This document shows, piece after piece, positions 10,257-21,350 of a stretch of DNA of 64,000 nucleotides. The notes under the pieces were generated by a model. It was not told where the DNA came from and searched no databases. It worked only from the letters and a program-made list of their open reading frames with translations. Source of the DNA: Fistulifera solaris (Eukaryota); assembly GCA_030295235.1 (NCBI GenBank), contig AP026129.1, positions 992,001-1,056,000 on the forward strand, in the 5' to 3' direction. Position numbers and translations under genes: made by a program. The first letter of the stretch is position 1; each line of letters begins with the position of its first letter.

Positions 10257-12152
10257 TTAAGGAGAGGGCTTCCAATCGGGCGCGGTCGGAGGAGGATTGT
10301 CAGTTATTTCAACGGCAACAGCTTCCTTGACTACGACCACTTGACCTCCTGTACGCTTAAGACGGGAACAGATATTGTATGTAGACTTTCCGCAGCAAAA
10401 CGCTATTATCATCAAAAGGGCGACTATGACGACAACACCGCCTCCGACGGCTATTCCTGCGATTGCGCCTTTAGTCAGACCCTCCTTCTCCTCTACGTAA
10501 AGGTCGCTGCCTACGCAAACGCCAGTGTCAGAAGCGTTGTCGCTGACGCAGCAAACACCCTCCTCGAAGGTGAGCTCTTTTGCGTCGTCGTTGGCACGAA
10601 GGTTGTCTGGGTACTTGCTCGAGTCGGTGCACTCCGCAGCGATGGTCTCTACAAGATCATCCGCGCTGCAAAGATCCGGTAGGCACCGGGACTCTTCTCC
10701 ACCCGACGCTGCCCGGTAAGATTCGAGTTCGCACTGGGTAAGCTCTAAAGTCGGGCAGACAGCCGCGGAACGACGGGCCAGTTCCTCTATGGCTTCGGCG
10801 ATGTCGTCGCTTCCGAGTGCTCGTTGGAGCGCCGCAAAGGGAATGTCGATACCGACAACGCCGAGAAAAAGCGGCGGCGATTTGGTGCGATCGTATACCG
10901 GAGCCGAGGCAGTTGTGCCCAGGGTGTCTCCAGTAGAGTAAATGTACGGTTCCACCCATGCTACGAAATCAGCATTCTCTTCGAGGCCAAGGTTCAGCGC
11001 GAATAGACGGTAATAGCTCGACAAGGCCTCCACAATTTTGTCATCGCGGTCTATTCTGGACCATACTCCGTACTCATGGGAGCAGGCAAGCTCCTTGGGT
11101 AACGCATGCACATTTTCCGCTTCCGAAACTGAAAACGAAAAGAACATCACTGGTTTCTGGTTTCGGGTGGATGTTTCGTTGAGACGGCGTGTCACCAAAT
11201 CGGTGACGTTTTCTGGAGTAATACCTTCGGGGTGCGTCATCTCGCCATCTGTCAAAAAGAGAATGGCCGAGTTGCAAGGCACTGCGAGCTCCTCTCCAAT
11301 TGAGATATTGAGCACATCAAACGCATTATCCAGAGCGTCATAAATATTGGTGGCTCCCTTAGCTTCCAGGTTGTTTATCGCATCTACGAGAATGGCTTTG
11401 CTTGCGTTATTGGCTTGGTATAGATGCATTCCTTCATCGGCAATGATCCTTGCCGTTTCGTCAAAAACAACTATAGCTACGCGGTCGCTGATCGTCAAGG
11501 TCTCGATGACTCTAATTGCGGCTTCTTTCATGAGCGACATTCGGGCGCCTTGCATTGACCCAGACTTGTCCAGGACGAGGACAATGTTTTTCGAACCACT
11601 ACTGCCGGCGACAAACCAGGGTCGAATGGTAGGATCGTAGATTCCGCAGCTTTTGGAACGGCGACCGGGGTAGTACCGAAAGGCACCAGTTGCGCTTCCG
11701 AAAAACGAGGCTTGGGGTTTTATCCCGATCTCATCCCATACAGCTTTGTCCCGTTCGTTTCGTTGGATCAGCCAATCATCCATGAAACGACTGAAACATA
11801 CCGATTCAATCACCAGCGGGTCGGACTCGTCGGTGCCCGGGGCGACGCTGTACACGCTTGTTGTAAAATCGACGAAACCCGAGCACTCTTCTCCGCCGCC
11901 GCAGCTCGGAATGCTGTATTCCGGACCAGAGGGGCAAGTCGGATTGGGCAGTGCTGAATAGCAGTCGTCGTAGTTCGCGGCCTGGCACTCCATCAAGGAA
12001 ATCTCATCGCAACGCTTTTCGAGATAGAGGCTTTCCATGTAATCTCGATACTCTATAACCATTTCTTCGACTTTTGAGACGACATCATCAAAGCGAGCCG
12101 TGTTGAGGGCACAAGCCCTTAATGTTAAGAAGTAAAGTATTACTTTCAACAT
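10257..12152 (-). CDS. vWA-domain type I membrane protein resembling voltage-gated Ca2+ channel alpha2delta subunits (VWA_N/vWA/Cache-like)
   Basis: Signal peptide; FRYYPG...YDPTIRPWF; MIDAS DKSGS, T and TDG; WVEPY...LGVVGIDI; C-terminal TM GAIAGIAVGGGVVVIVALLMII. Confidence 0.85.
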   Translation of the reverse strand: MLKVILYFLTLRACALNTARFDDVVSKVEEMVIEYRDYMESLYLEKRCDEISLMECQAANYDDCYSALPNPTCPSGPEYSIPSCGGGEECSGFVDFTTSVYSVAPGTDESDPLVIESVCFSRFMDDWLIQRNERDKAVWDEIGIKPQASFFGSATGAFRYYPGRRSKSCGIYDPTIRPWFVAGSSGSKNIVLVLDKSGSMQGARMSLMKEAAIRVIETLTISDRVAIVVFDETARIIADEGMHLYQANNASKAILVDAINNLEAKGATNIYDALDNAFDVLNISIGEELAVPCNSAILFLTDGEMTHPEGITPENVTDLVTRRLNETSTRNQKPVMFFSFSVSEAENVHALPKELACSHEYGVWSRIDRDDKIVEALSSYYRLFALNLGLEENADFVAWVEPYIYSTGDTLGTTASAPVYDRTKSPPLFLGVVGIDIPFAALQRALGSDDIAEAIEELARRSAAVCPTLELTQCELESYRAASGGEESRCLPDLCSADDLVETIAAECTDSSKYPDNLRANDDAKELTFEEGVCCVSDNASDTGVCVGSDLYVEEKEGLTKGAIAGIAVGGGVVVIVALLMIIAFCCGKSTYNICSRLKRTGGQVVVVKEAVAVEITDNPPPTAPDWKPSP

Positions 12153-13097
12153 TGTGTAGGTGCAGTGTAACCGAAATGATTTTTGACCGAAAATGAGCGT
12201 ACTGGTAGTTTCAAAAAAATGTGGATCTTTACTTTGTCCAGCTCGTCTTTGAGCTTGTCTACATTTTTTTACGTGTTGAAATCACGTACTATCACGTAGC
12301 GCAAGTACGTTTGTTGATGTAAGTTAATTCATTCGTGGATTATCCAGTACAGAACACGGAACCTCTTGACAGAACGTTGCTTAAAATTGCACCCAGATCC
12401 AGAATCCACATCGCATCGGCAATCAGCATCCAGCATCAAGATCGTAGCCGTATTTTTCATTGTGGTACCTTTTTCGTATCCACGATTCATTCATTCATCC
12501 TGGCGTCAGGTCAGGTGAAAAGATGACGCGGTGAGCGGTGACGGTACCAAGTATTCGTACTGTACCAGGGTGTCGTATCTTCCGTTCGAATCTCGGAATC
12601 AAGCTCGGAACGCGAGAACTCGGAACATCTGCGATTATCGGCGGTACCGGTACGGTACTTGTATTTGTACAATTAGAAAGACTAGTCTAGCTATACATCG
12701 TAGCTCTAGCCTGCGAATGTTTTTGAGAAAGAAAAATAGACTCCTCTACCTGGTACATTTTTTGTTTTTATGACCATGCCTCAGGACTCAATAACAACCG
12801 AAAAGCAGACTGCCACTCGTTTACAACAGCATGTATCTCGAATGTCTAGTCATGGTCGCGTCTGCAGAAGGATCGTCGTCTTTGGAGCTTGACCCTGAGG
12901 CAGCCACTCAAGAGTATATGCGTCCGGATTATCACCATTAAACCATCATTTTACACCAAAGCACCTCAACTCAATGTTAGCCTGCTCGTACCCAGGCCTT
13001 TTTGTTGACTTGTGTCAACGTTCCCGAGTACTAAAGAAATTCTTTCCGTCGCTTTTTTCCAGTGTAACTCGTGTCTGCCCTTAATCCTTCATTGCAA

Positions 13098-14491
13098 TTA
13101 TATGATATTGATGTGCGGACGATCCCTGTACGTAGACGACGACTGCAATTCCAATTCCTGTGGGTTATGAAAGACTCTGTCGTACAAAATAGAATCCCCG
13201 GATTTTTGTTTTCCTTGTCCCGCGCGGCGGATCATCAAAGTGATCAGGATGATGCTGATAGTGACAAACAACACAATACTCATGCTGGCTTGGCATCCCT
13301 TGCCCGAGCACAACGATGGTGATTCTTCCTTGTTCTTTAACGACGAGCGATGATTCCGAGTCTCCTCAATCGCATTCCCAGGATAGTTTTTGGGCAATAG
13401 TTTCTTGTGCTTGTCGAATTTCGGTGCTTCGACATGTCCAATGCACCAGGGTTCCGTTTTTCCGTCATGATGACAACGAAATTCCACTTCTTCTCCGGTT
13501 GTATGATTCGTGATGCAAAAACAAAATGCGGGGCGGATGAAAATTTGTGGCAGTTCGTGACACGAATTCAACGACGCCTTGGGACAGTATTCATCGTGGA
13601 CGTACGATGCCGTAAGTGTGTCATTGAGCTCCGTTCGACACCATTTACCATTAGTCCGATCCGCACATTCCAATACATTCCCACTGTACGTCCAGGCCAT
13701 GCTATCCTGCTGATACCGATATTTGGCTCCACAGAATAGCTCTTCGCGAGCACTCAATGTGGATTTACACACCCTTTGGCGCTCGGCTTTGCTGCAGTCA
13801 TTGGCGGTACGCGCACACGATGGAACCGTCACAATATCGGGTTCAATGGTTCCTTGACACACGGTCCGTCCATGCGAAACACATTTGTAATGAGTCTCAT
13901 TGATGCGGGATGGTCCTTCGCGACAAAATTTCGTGACTTCGGCAAAGGAGGCCACGTGTCGTGGCGGACACTTGTAGCGTTCCGGACTATTGACGATACC
14001 CTGACACCAACCCTCTTTCGGTTGTGCAACAGTGCGATTTGGAGAATCATCTTTGAAACCATTCCATTGCACGGGATCCAGTGCTTGACAAATATAAGTA
14101 CCATCGTCGTTACACATTCGAGGCGAATCTTGGACACACACTTGATCTAAATCCTGACAAGCCGGGATATTATAAGGACATTGCGGTATCGGATCGACAT
14201 AATCGTGTACAATAGTATCCCAAAAAGCGTAGTTTTCATTAATAATGGTTCCAGTGCACTGAATCTTCTTGCGATTGTCAACACAGTGATACCCCGTGAG
14301 CTTGTTTTGTGTCGGCGGGAAGGGCGGACTTCCTTTGATGGAGTAAGAGCAAAATGTAAGTCCTTTCGATCTGTCACGTAGTAGTGATTCTTGATTTTAT
14401 ATCCAGGACAGCCATGACTGCCATCCCAACTAGCTTGTGCAGGTCGGCCGAGGAGCGGCAGAAATAAAAGAAGGAGAGGTTTGGGGATCAT
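13098..14491 (-). CDS. Cysteine-rich single-pass membrane protein of unknown function
   Basis: Signal peptide MIPKPLLLLFLPLLGRPAQA. One added base in the run at ~14351 fuses the 114-aa and 347-aa ORFs. Many Cys residues; TM IVLFVTISIILITLMI followed by RR. Confidence 0.75.
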
Positions 14492-14715
14492 TTGATGTAT
14501 CTACGCGTATTGACAAATGTTTGACGCGAATCGACCAAAAGTTATTCTTTTCTGTTTTTTTAAGGCTCAATTGTGAAGTTGTGGAGAAAGCTTTGATTTA
14601 AATAACAATAAATTGCAGTGCCAAGAACAGCCATTTTGCATTTTGCTTTATGTCCTTCGAACGTCGAAGTCAATGCCATTTTATCTACGGGCACGGGCGC
14701 GCGATGAAGCAAAGA

Positions 14716-15340
14716 ATATCACAATATCCGGGTATCCCCTCTGTCAATAAATTTCCTACGAGGCCCACGTGACTTTCACGTCGACATATAAGGCGTTGCA
14801 TCCTTCAAGCTTTTTGCGCCTTCATGAAAGTTTGATGACGATAATCGTTTTTCGTCACAAAAGCTCCATGTAGGAGATTGCGATGATGACACCGGGGTAC
14901 AATCGGCCTGAAAAAATGCTATTCTCCAATTTCACAATATACAATATACGGGGGTTGATGTCGTTAAATTTCCTACCGTACCAGACATACGTGAAATTAA
15001 CGTAGACATTCGAAGCGTTGCATCTTTTCTGCTCTTTACGTGTCGAAATCAGTTTGACGTCGATTATTGCTTCTTGTCAGGTAATAAAGTTATGCTGGAG
15101 AATTGCGACGATGGCATTGATGCACAATAGACCAGAAAATGGATGATGTCGATTTCAACAATATCCGGGTTTTCCTCTGTCGATAAATCATGATTTCCCT
15201 ACCAAGCCAACGTGGAATTCACGTAGCCATTCGAACCGCTGAATTCATTGCTATTCTTCGACGTTCAAAGTTCAAATTAATGTCAATTATTCAAGCTTAG
15301 TAAAAAGAAGCCACGTTAGTGAAATTGACAATGGTAGTTG
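14716..15340. repeat. Degenerate intergenic tandem repeat, 3 units, ~217-220 bp period
   Basis: acaatat(c/a)cggg at 14721, 14941 and 15158. Each copy is followed by tttcc(c)tac, acgtg.....acgt, gcgttgcatc-like and attgcga-like blocks. Confidence 0.8.
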
Positions 15341-15665
15341 CCGCTAAAAAATCTCTCCATGACAAACCCAGATTGATGTTGAGTTTGCACCGTAGTACCG
15401 AATCGCCAGATTGACGTTTTGCGATGACATCGCACATCGCGGCGGAAATTCGTTCCGCGTTTTCTTTTTTCGAGAAAGCAAGTGTCGAAGATTCTTCGTG
15501 TGATGAAAAGAAGAATGAGCAGAATAGCTATCGAATGAAAGAATCCATCTGTTCGAGTTCGATCGGTGTCTTTGAAAGCACGTCATTGCTGTTTATTTTT
15601 TCGCCTACTGTTCAAAACCAAATGACATTCATTGAGTAAATATGAAGCAATCAGAATTTCATTTC

Positions 15666-18600
15666 ATGCGATTATTGCTGTCATTGTCGTTGCTCGCGAT
15701 AGGTCAAGCTTGGTCGTCCTATTTTACCGGCACACGCCTTCCTCACGGTACAGTACAAAGCACCTCTTATCTATATATGCGCAAACAAAAAGCTAGTGAC
15801 AAGCGCACCTCACGAAGACAAAAGGAAGGACCTCAATTACTCGAAGTCCTACCAACGATTACCGCCTCGCCGATGCAAGACCAGGCGTGGACACAAAAAG
15901 TGGTGGCGTTGATTCATGAGCCAGCCAAACAATCCGATTCGAATGGAGGAGGTCGTCAAAGATCGCGCAAACGGAGTAATTTATACAATCGAATGGCTGG
16001 GTATCACAATACGTTCCTGAATGCCCTGACGTTGGAGTACAAAGCCGAGGTAAGAATACATGTCGTCGAGCCTGTAACGCAGCAGTCGACTTGCCTCATC
16101 CACATACACACCTACAGGAAGAGCAAGTATTGGGTCGCATCAGGGCGAGTTTCGAAGATCCTTTGGGTCTCGAAACAGCGGGACATTGTTTCTATGATAT
16201 GCAAGGGAGAACGAAGGGGGAATTTGTTTGCTGATGAAGTCTACCGATTGCACAAAGCCGCGGATGCGACGACCATTTACCCACCGCCGGATGAGAATAT
16301 CGCGTCGCATGCGCGCTATTTGCCTCCGAATCACAAATTCGCTATTAATGATGTCATATTATTGACGTTACAACCCGAAGGGAGTGGGGACTTCTTTTCC
16401 ATAAATTCCGTACCGACGAGTGAAACGGCGATCTCGGTAGAAGCCCGAGTGCTCAACATGGGTCCGACATACTTAGATATTGTGGTTCCGGCGGGTAGCT
16501 TTCAAGCGGCCTTTGGGGCCGCGCCGAATGATTATGCGGCGGGCGAACCGAATCGGGAGAGCCGGATTCGGGTGGATCGTTTCTTTCCAATGTTCCGTAT
16601 CAGAGAATGGTCAGTGCTTTAAGTATGCTCACGAATGTTCCAGCGAAAGCATCCGAATTCAAGGAAAAGATCGATCCGGCCTTTGACATGCACATGGACC
16701 ATGTCTTGCGCGAAATCATATTACAGACGTTTTCGGGGAGAGACAGCCCCGCTATTGAACATGATCGTGTACAAGAGCTGGTATGTTAGTTTATTTTGGA
16801 TTTTCAAAAGAAGCCTTTTACGGTACTCTCACTTATTTATTCAGGCAAAACTTGTCTCAAAACCGGCCATGGGCAACTCGATTGCAACCGCTCGTTTGAT
16901 CATCAAGTATATCAAATCAAATTCGAAAGAAACGTTTCCCACTTTCAACATTCCGCAACTTATGGCGGTGGAAGCTGCTCTGACACAGAGACTCACGCTA
17001 ATACACGGGCCGCCAGGATCTGGCAAAACGACAGTGGCTGCTGCCATCGCTTTCGGTTTTGCTCATCAGTGTCGTTCAATGTCACCTCACAGTAAAATTC
17101 TGGCGTGTGCCTTTAGCAACGTCGGAGCAGATAATCTGGCCGAGGCTATGAGATCCAAGTTGGGATTAAAGGTAATCCGCATCGGTAAACCCTCAGCTTT
17201 ATCGGAAACTTTGTGGGATGTTACATTAGATGCAGCCATTGACTGCGATCCGGATGCACAGAAGGCTTTGCGCGTAGCCGCCAAAGCAACCGCATCATTG
17301 ACGGAATTTCAGAGAAATAAAAAATATGCGTCAAACAGTGCCAGCGAAAAAGCTGTGCGCGATGCCGCTACGGCAGCTGTCAAGGCGTCCATCCAGGCAT
17401 GTAACTTGGCGGCCACTAAAGCTCTTCGCGAGGCGGATGTCATTGTATCGACTTCGACTGGTGCTGCAGATCCTCGTCTTTTGGCTGCTTGTGGAATCCC
17501 TTCATCAGAGGCAGAAATTGATGACAAAAACAGCAACCCTTACGTGAAAGGAAGCAAACCATTGGCTTCCTCTGGCGATCGCTTGCCTGCCCCAGATGGT
17601 TTACCTCCACTGTCGCTGCCATTTGTGCTTATTGACGAGGCTTGCCAAAGTGTGGAGCCGGCATCGCTGATTCCCATTGTTTCCAGCGATACTTGTCGAT
17701 CGTTGGTGTTACTGGGGGATCCCTGTCAGCTTCCTCCAACTGTTAAAAGCCTCGACGCGTCCGATCTGTCATTATCGCTGATGGAGAGACTAGCTGCTAT
17801 TCTTCCTCCATCTCTTTCTTCCAGCAATCTCAATGACGATTCAAAACAACACGATACATCCTACTTAGACTCCCTTTCTATGAAGCAAGCCAAGTCGCTT
17901 CTGAGATATCGCGACATGAACAGCGAGCATTCGTCTTATCGAAAACGTTTCTCTGGGTCTTTGTTGCTCTCTGTGCAGTACCGCATGCACCCATCTATCG
18001 CCGCTTTTCCGTCTGCAGTATTCTACGACGGCTTGTTGTCTACACCGTCTTTTATGGCGCATCGAAGATCATTTCCCAAAGTTCTCGCTGAAACTATGCC
18101 TTGCGCTGATGGCTCCCTTTGTGTTCGTGTCGTGGATGTTGGTGGTGGGTCAAACGAAAACCAAGGGTTACCCACACGGTTTTCGAAGACAGTGTTTGGG
18201 TCAGGGTCGGATCCTTCATTATCTTTGGAAGACCAAACCACGTACTGGAATGAAGCTGAGGCGGAAGTTGTACTTTCGCTCATTCGCGATATAGTTTTCG
18301 ACAAATCGAAGGAGGTGCAGAGTATCGGAGTTATTACACCTTATCAAGGTCAGGTGCAGTTACTCAAGTCGATGATTGCAGGGAGTCCAGCTCTTCGAAA
18401 AGGCTTAGCAGAGAACCCGGTCTCCATTGAAGTTAAGTCAGTGGACGGTTACCAGGGTAGGGAGCGGGACGTGATCATCTTTTCGGCGGTTCGATCGAAT
18501 CGGCAAGCGCGAATCGGTTTTGTGCGAGACTGGCGACGTATGAATGTCGCTTTGACACGTGCGAAAGCGGGGCTTGTGATTGTAGGCGATCTCGATGCAT

Positions 18601-18704
18601 TAGCAGAAGCTGACAAGCACTGGGATGGACTACGGAAATGGGCATCCGGTGTTCGATGTATCATTGATGACAGCGACGATCCCGATGAGGAACCAAGTCA
18701 GTGA
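15666..18704 (+). CDS. Superfamily 1 (UPF1/DNA2-NAM7-like) helicase with predicted plastid-type presequence
   Basis: GPPGSGKT, DEACQ, GDPCQL, QYRMHP, SVDGYQGRE and RRMNVALTRA. N-terminus MRLLLSLSLLAIGQA-WSS. Introns ~16050-16117 and 16781-16844. Frameshifts in short runs at ~16205 and ~16584. Confidence 0.85.
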
Positions 18705-19690
18705 ATAGCGGTCGACAATGCCATTACCATACAATGTTTGATTAATAAACGAACCAGATTAGTTATCTTTGTACAAATGTGTTGGTCGACTAACGTTTCT
18801 ACTCAGTAGCATCATTAGTTTCTTGCTTGGATTCAAAAGTGCATCATATACTTTATACTTTCTTGCTAGCTAAGCTTTGATTTTTGGTTAGGCGGTGCTG
18901 ACTCTCACCGGTGGTTCAAACGAAAAGGATGAGTGCTAGTAAAATGATACTTGCTAGGTTTCTGGCTCCTAGTTTGGGTACCGGTACGGTTTTCTTCAAG
19001 CTATTGGACTTTTTCCTTTTTCATGTCATGTTGTGATAAACCGACGTCGATGACGATGGATGACGATGAAATCAATTCTGCGTTGTCAGTAATTTGAAGA
19101 CAAGGCGTTTTATACATTCAAATTCGATTGGGCATTGCAATTGAAGCGAGCCGGTCAAGCCGAACTATCCTTTCATTATTTTTCTTCGCCAACATGATGA
19201 ATTGCATCTTTTGTGTTCGAGGAAGTTTCTTTTTGTAGTTGCGGGTTGCGGCCAAAGCTTGAAGGGGCGTGGTCGTTAACTTCAACTAGTTTTTTCTTTT
19301 GCTTTTTGTGAAGTGAACTACCTTTTGCGCGCCAGTAGTGATACTGAATCTCGGAGGATGTTTGAGCAATCCACATGGACCTTTGAGGTAATGCTTGTAA
19401 ATTTGAAGCACCTATAACAGCCTACAAAGATGCTGTTGTCGACTCCACACGAATTTTTTTCAAGGAGGAGTGGAGAAAGTTCCAAAGAGGAAGTGGTTGA
19501 TTGCGTGCATGAAAATATCACCATTCAAATAACTTTATACATGGATCACACATACAGTCAGAACAGCACACACATGCCCGTTCAAAGCGCCGAGGTACGC
19601 CCAGCCGACTGAAGAATTTTCTTGTTTTGCGTCCCAACGATCTGCTCGAAATGAAATCGTCGCAAATGCTCGCAAAAAAGTAAAACTACC

Positions 19691-21058
19691 ATGATTGCTG
19701 CAACAAGTCCGCTACAAATTTATCGTTCAAACCAGTCTCGTATAGCTGAGCACACGCCAGGACGCAACGTTGCTAGGTCGGTTCAACCGATGTGGGAAAC
19801 TGGACGGAACACTGCGATTCGCGGTCCTTTATCAAACGCAGAAAACCACGAAATGATGCAGAGAGCGTCAGGAAGGGACTTGTATCGAGTGGTGCATCAA
19901 CCTCCCCAGCCTTTAAGAAATGACGCAATCGAATGGAAGCACAAGACGAGCCGTGAAGGACCTTATATCAGACATCCGAGTGATGCACGCTGGGGTCAAC
20001 AAGTCAATGCACCTCCTATGCGTCATTCGTCTCCGGCCTGGAATGTTCATCCACGTGTTCCTATGGACGTGGAACCATCCGAGAATGCTGTTCGTCGTGC
20101 ACCGAACCCAAGTGTTACGGGCTATTATCCCGGTGTGCAGTATCAGCAGCAGCAGAACTGGCACCGATTTCTAGAAGCACGTCACAACGGCAAGTTGGAA
20201 CGAAACACTCAAGGATACCCAGCTTGGTCTAACCCCTGTACTAGCGTTCCCAATCTAGTTATTCCAACGGCAGAGACATCCACCTCGGTTCTGCAGCGTA
20301 ATGACAACTACAAGCGACCCCTCTCATCCGTTCAGATGAACTCCAGCAAAATGCCAAGGGGTCTCAATAAGCTTGATCTCCTCTGCAGCGCCACACTCGA
20401 AATCGGTCCTCTTCATGATAATCCGATGGGTTGCTCTTGTCCTAAGTCTAAATGTGTCGCTCTCTATTGCGACTGCTTCAAAGCCGGACGACGCTGCAAC
20501 CCTTCCACTTGCAGCTGTTTGGATTGCAAGAATACAATTGCGGAGAGTGGTCCGCATGGAGCGCGCACAGCTGCGATTCGATCCATTCTTGCGCGAAACC
20601 CGCGTGCGTTCACAAACGCTGGGGTAGGAACACCAAAAGTAGCACCTGGCCAAGTCGCTTGCAACTGCATTCGCAGCAAGTGCTTAAAGTTGTACTGCTC
20701 CTGCTTCCAAAATGGGAAAGTTTGTGACACCAAAGTATGCACGTGCGTGGACTGCTCCAATACATTAGAGAATCCTATGCGGAAACAAGCCGTCGAACTT
20801 TGCCTAGAGAAGCGACCAGATGCCTTTGTGACAAGGACACGAGAACCTGGCTTAGGTTGCGCTTGTAAGAACAATCGTTGCGTTCGAAAATACTGTGATT
20901 GTTTCCGGTCGAGTCTTCCGTGTAGCAATCGGTGCTCCTGCCGCCAGTGTGCCAATACTGACGACACCGCAAAGCATCGAGACACCCGTGAGGACGAACT
21001 TGAAAAGACAGATAGTGCCGGAAGTCCAGGAAGCCGCCTTGACTCCCTTTCGGTATGA
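19691..21058 (+). CDS. Tesmin/TSO1-like CXC (CRC) domain transcription regulator
   Basis: Three CxCxxxxCxxxYCxCF modules (CSCPKSKCVALYCDCF, CNCIRSKCLKLYCSCF, CACKNNRCVRKYCDCF) with RNPRAF/RPDAF hinges. Confidence 0.9.
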   Translation: MIAATSPLQIYRSNQSRIAEHTPGRNVARSVQPMWETGRNTAIRGPLSNAENHEMMQRASGRDLYRVVHQPPQPLRNDAIEWKHKTSREGPYIRHPSDARWGQQVNAPPMRHSSPAWNVHPRVPMDVEPSENAVRRAPNPSVTGYYPGVQYQQQQNWHRFLEARHNGKLERNTQGYPAWSNPCTSVPNLVIPTAETSTSVLQRNDNYKRPLSSVQMNSSKMPRGLNKLDLLCSATLEIGPLHDNPMGCSCPKSKCVALYCDCFKAGRRCNPSTCSCLDCKNTIAESGPHGARTAAIRSILARNPRAFTNAGVGTPKVAPGQVACNCIRSKCLKLYCSCFQNGKVCDTKVCTCVDCSNTLENPMRKQAVELCLEKRPDAFVTRTREPGLGCACKNNRCVRKYCDCFRSSLPCSNRCSCRQCANTDDTAKHRDTREDELEKTDSAGSPGSRLDSLSV

Positions 21059-21350
21059 AATTGGTGAAAGCAAGAACTCTTATAACGACAAGTCCTGTTG
21101 GAACCCGGCCGTTCGCTGCACATGATAGATTATTGTTATTCCAATTTAGGGGTGCATTAGATAAAACAAAGGTTTACACATACTTTTTTTACTCTTACAT
21201 CCAGCTGTGGCGTTTGCAATGGCCACCGTGACAGGAATACTATTCATATTTGTGATTCACTGGTGGCATAATCCATTCACTAAGATTAATTACGCTGACA
21301 AGAAAGTTACAAAGATATTGGCAGCTCGGAAAAGCGAAAGAATGATTTAC

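Noticed and set aside
14942..15130. Coding origin for the 220-bp repeat (62-codon open stretch)
   Set aside because: It has no start codon near its 5' end, the unit lengths are not multiples of three and the translation is unrecognisable.
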